This document shows, piece by piece, positions 61,750 to 64,000 of a stretch of 64,000 bases of DNA; position 1 is the stretch's first letter, and each line of letters opens with the position of its first letter. Made by a program: the position numbers and the translations under genes. The DNA comes from Strigamia acuminata. Lineage: Eukaryota. The notes under the pieces were generated by a model, which did no database searches, was not told the DNA's origin, and was given only the letters and a program-made list of their open reading frames with translations. The DNA is taken from contig OX442314.1 of the NCBI GenBank assembly GCA_949358305.1, positions 2,356,001-2,420,000 of the forward strand, read 5' to 3'.

Positions 61750-63937
61750 TATAAAACTTCTTCCTCTTCCTCGCCACCTTCGGCGATCGATCCCTCGGCG
61801 GTTTGTTTGAACACGGCTTTCTTCTTCGTCGACGGGATATTCGGCCATGACGGGCGGGTGTTGCGTGGGGCAGTACGGCGAGGCCGTGTACTTGATTCCG
61901 TAGCCGATGTACACGTTGGCCAGTTCCTTTTCTCGCGTTATCGCAAAATTAAAATTAAAATTACTTGAGGTAGTAAATATGCGGAATGGTGGACCCAATT
62001 GTTGATGTGCTCGTCCACGAGAGTGGGGACCGGAACTCGATCGTAATTGAAGTTTTCGGCGATCGCAGCTGGGTGGAAAATAAAAATTGAATTTTGATGT
62101 TTTTTGGTTTGGATTTGATGGTTTTGCGTACTGGGGTCTTCGGGGACGACGTCGTAGTAGCCGGTCGGCGAAATGTGCGTGGATGCGGAGATTCGTGCGA
62201 TTTGAGCGCGGAGTAAATGGATTTCTCGTCCGGGGAACGGCGGGTATGATAAAACCTGGGAAAATAATTTTAAATATTTTTTAGGATATTAGAATTTTGT
62301 TTTAAAAGTATTAAAATCTTACGACCGACAAAATATTTGCGAATCATTCGAGCTGTGCTGATTTGAGCCGGAGTGACGAGTGGCAACTTGACCCAACTAA
62401 ATTCGGCTACAAATAAATAAAGAAAATTCAGTAATATTCAGGAATATTCAACAAAATTGAATAAGATTCAACAAAATTGAATAAGATTCAACAAAATTGA
62501 ATAAGATTCAACAAAATTGAATAAGATTCAACAAAATTGAATAAGATTCAACAAAATTGAATAAGATTCAACAAAATTGAATAAGATTCAACAAAATTGA
62601 ATAAGATTCAACAAAATTGAATAAGATTCAACAAAATTGAATAAGATTCAACAAAATTGAATAAGATTCAACAAAATTGAATAAGATTCAACAAAATTGA
62701 ATAAGATTCAACAAAATTGAATAAGATTCAACAAAATTGAATAAGATTCAACAAAATTGAATAAGATTCAACAAAATTGAATAAGATTCAACAAAATTGA
62801 ATAAGATTCAACAAAATTGAATAAGATTCAACAAAATTGAATAAGATTCAACAAAATTGAATAAGATTCAACAAAATTGAATAAGATTCAACAAAATTGA
62901 ATAAGATTCAACAAAATTGAATAAGATTCAACAAAATTGAATAAGATTCAACAAAATCGAATAAGATTCAACAAAATTGAATAAGATTCAACAAAATCGA
63001 ATAAGATTCAACAAAATCGAATAAGATTCAACAAAATTGAATAAGATTCAACAAAATTGAATGAGATTCAACAAAATAGAATTAGATTCAGCAAAATTGA
63101 ATAAGATTCAACAAAATTGAATAAGATTCAATAAAATCCAATAAAATTCAATAAAATCCAATAAAATTCAACAAAATTCTCTAAAATTCCATAAAAGAGA
63201 ATATAAAAAATTTAATAAACAAAAAAAAAATAGTTTAACGGACGTGCGAGAGCGGCAAAGTAAACTTTCTGATTCCCAGATCGGAACGGCTCCGACGGCA
63301 CAACGAGCGTCGGGATCGGTTTCGGCTTCGGCGTGGGCATCTCTTCCTCCTCGTCGTCGAACACCCGCTCCGTTTGAATCGCCAGCGAATCAATCACCGA
63401 CCGCGGCGTTTCGAAATAATTCTCGCTTTCCTCATCGTCGCTCTCCCCCTAACACCAAAAAAAAGAAAAAAAAATTAAATAAACAAAAATTTCAAATCAG
63501 TAAATCACCAGTAAATCCCACCTTGCTGCCCGCGAAATCATCTCTTTCGTGGAACTCCGTCTCCAGCACAACATAATTCCGTTCAATCCCGATTATTCCA
63601 ATACTTGGAATAATCGCTTGTCCTTGAACGCTTGGAGATATTTGGAGGAAGTTTTGACCGAATCGTACAACGTATTCTCGCGATACTGCAGCCGACTCTT
63701 CTTCAACCAAATGCTCAACTCCACGTTTTCCGGGCGCCCTTCGAGTATTTTCCTGATTAACTCTTTCAGGTGGTCGTACACATTGGCCGATGTGACACTA
63801 CTGGCTTTCATCAAAAACGCTTTGGCCTTGTAGAATTCGTCGGACGAGTCGGTGTTGAGGCCGCTCAGTTGCGACGATTTGATTTTCGAGCATTCTTTGC
63901 TCCTACTGCGGCTTCCCGACGCGTTTTCCGAATCCAT
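61750..63937 (-). pseudogene. RSPH4A: Radial spoke head protein 4/6 family gene with several apparent lesions
   Basis: KAKAFLMKAS...NVYDHLKELIRKILEGRPEN; GIERNYVVLE; WVKLPLVTPAQISTARMIRKYF; SYPPFPGREIHLLRAQIARISASTHISP; NWVHHSAYLLPQ; NVYIGYGIKY. Family assignment is firm; pseudogene status is less so. Confidence 0.7.
62447..63135. repeat. Highly homogeneous intronic 20-bp minisatellite (ttcaacaaaattgaataaga)
   Basis: More than 30 nearly identical copies. Confidence 0.98.
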
Positions 63938-64000
63938 TTTGGTTAAAAATTCAAACCGTCGCCATGGTAACGATAATAAAAACTAACCGATACGTTTTTA

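Noticed and set aside
28798..63135. Short tandem arrays as CRISPR
   Set aside because: No unique spacers, no cas genes, eukaryotic intronic context.

Overview
Animal (probably arthropod) genomic DNA with short AT-rich spliceosomal introns, in two parts. (1) 1-44 kb holds two convergent, paralogous 11-exon genes. Each encodes two reduced DEG/ENaC channel subunits fused head-to-tail in one reading frame. Gene B (- strand, about 760 aa) looks intact. Gene A (+ strand) is hit by three insertions: a GC-rich nested-palindrome element in exon 1, an intact Copia in intron 2, and a 12.6-kb LTR element in the last exon. A young Mag-type Gypsy lies in the last intron of gene B. The 12.6-kb element has identical LTRs but no recognisable gag or integrase core. 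It carries a long open protease-RT-RNaseH ORF whose RT and RNase H catalytic residues are systematically replaced, plus an unrelated accessory ORF with a CxxCxG zinc motif. (2) 45-64 kb is a compact gene block: C3orf20/FAM194-like, salvador, TOGARAM1-like and an apparently damaged RSPH4/6, with introns full of unrelated ~20-bp-period A/T-tract minisatellites. All exon models, alignments and family assignments were made by eye; no database search was run.
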